Source: an uncultured Giesbergeria sp. (GTDB lineage: Bacteria; Pseudomonadota; Gammaproteobacteria; Burkholderiales; Burkholderiaceae_C). From it: a stretch of DNA of 64,000 bases. The notes beneath the pieces were generated by a model. The model was not told where the DNA came from. It did not search any database and worked only from the letters and a program-made list of their open reading frames with translations. A program made the translations under genes and the position numbers. The stretch is taken from NCBI GenBank assembly GCA_947624595.1, contig CANQLC010000015.1:4005-68004 (forward strand), written 5' to 3'. Shown one piece after another: positions 63,395 to 64,000 of this stretch. Within the stretch, counting starts at the first letter, position 1; each line of letters opens with the position of its first letter.

Positions 63395-64000
63395 ATGGGC
63401 AGTATTTACGACCAAGACATGCCGCGCACCGCCGCCAACCATGCAGCGCTGTCGCCACTGGACTTTATTGAGCGCGCTGCGCAGGTGTATCCCGAGCGGC
63501 TGGCCATCGTGCACGGTGCGCTGCGCCAAACGTGGGCGCAAACCTATGACCGCTGCCGCCAACTGGCCAGCGCGTTGCAAAAGCACGGCATCGGCAAAAA
63601 CGACACCGTCGCCGTCATCCTGCCCAACACGCCGCCGATGGTCGAAGCCCACTTTGGCGTGCCGATGGCCGGTGCAGTGCTCAACACGCTGAACACCCGC
63701 CTTGACCCCGAGGCGATTGCCTTCATGCTCGACCACGGCGAAGCCAAGGCGCTGATCGTGGACCCCGAGTTCTCCGCACTGATTGCCAAAGCGCTGCCAC
63801 TGCGCACTACCACCACGCCGCTGCTCCTCATCGAAGTGCAAGACGCTTTGTATGACCAACCCGCCCAAGCGCTGGGCGGCACCACGTACGAAGAGTTTGT
63901 TGCCCAAGGCGACGCGCAATTTGCGTGGCAAATGCCCGGCGACGAATGGGATGCGATTGCGCTGAACTACACCAGCGGCACCACCGGCAACCCCAAAGGC
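63395..64000 (+). CDS. Acyl-CoA synthetase (truncated by window edge)
   Basis: RBS AAGGAG, MGSIYDQDMPRTAANHAALSPLDFIERAA..., AMP-binding motif YTSGTTGNPKG at window end. Confidence 0.9.
   Translation, partial: MGSIYDQDMPRTAANHAALSPLDFIERAAQVYPERLAIVHGALRQTWAQTYDRCRQLASALQKHGIGKNDTVAVILPNTPPMVEAHFGVPMAGAVLNTLNTRLDPEAIAFMLDHGEAKALIVDPEFSALIAKALPLRTTTTPLLLIEVQDALYDQPAQALGGTTYEEFVAQGDAQFAWQMPGDEWDAIALNYTSGTTGNPKG

Overview
GC-rich core-genome segment, probably from a Comamonadaceae-type betaproteobacterium (inferred from gene order such as pyrG-kdsA-eno-ftsB, dapA-bamC, tsaE-amiC/queG, dnaG-rpoD). It holds about 55 CDS, mostly housekeeping: miaA, gdhA, mutL, amiC, tsaE, queG, hslO, eno, kdsA, pyrG, coaBC, dut, bamC, dapA, parE, parC, comEC, bfr, ahpCF, ppsR/ppsA, rpoD, dnaG. 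There are also two MCPs, two EAL-HDOD proteins and a stand-alone CZB protein. I found no rRNA, tRNA, CRISPR array, integrase or transposase. Strongest leads: (1) a 1351-aa secreted protein with an intact subtilisin (S8) and an intact trypsin (S1) catalytic triad, where the trypsin domain sits inside a beta-sandwich repeat, plus a DUF4214 tail; (2) a ~55-bp REP-like element in about 16 copies, six of them read in-frame inside genes in only two reading frames; (3) an MqsR/MqsA toxin-antitoxin pair between parE and parC, bracketed by two element copies that share a 17-bp perfect direct repeat; (4) a CZB protein with its zinc/HOCl-sensing Cys replaced by Ser, next to Hsp33; (5) hsp20 with a sigma32 promoter and a fourU-like thermometer; (6) ten genes with a leaderless-type start. 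All family assignments come from motif recognition by eye, not database searches. Start codons that differ from the ORF track were chosen manually.
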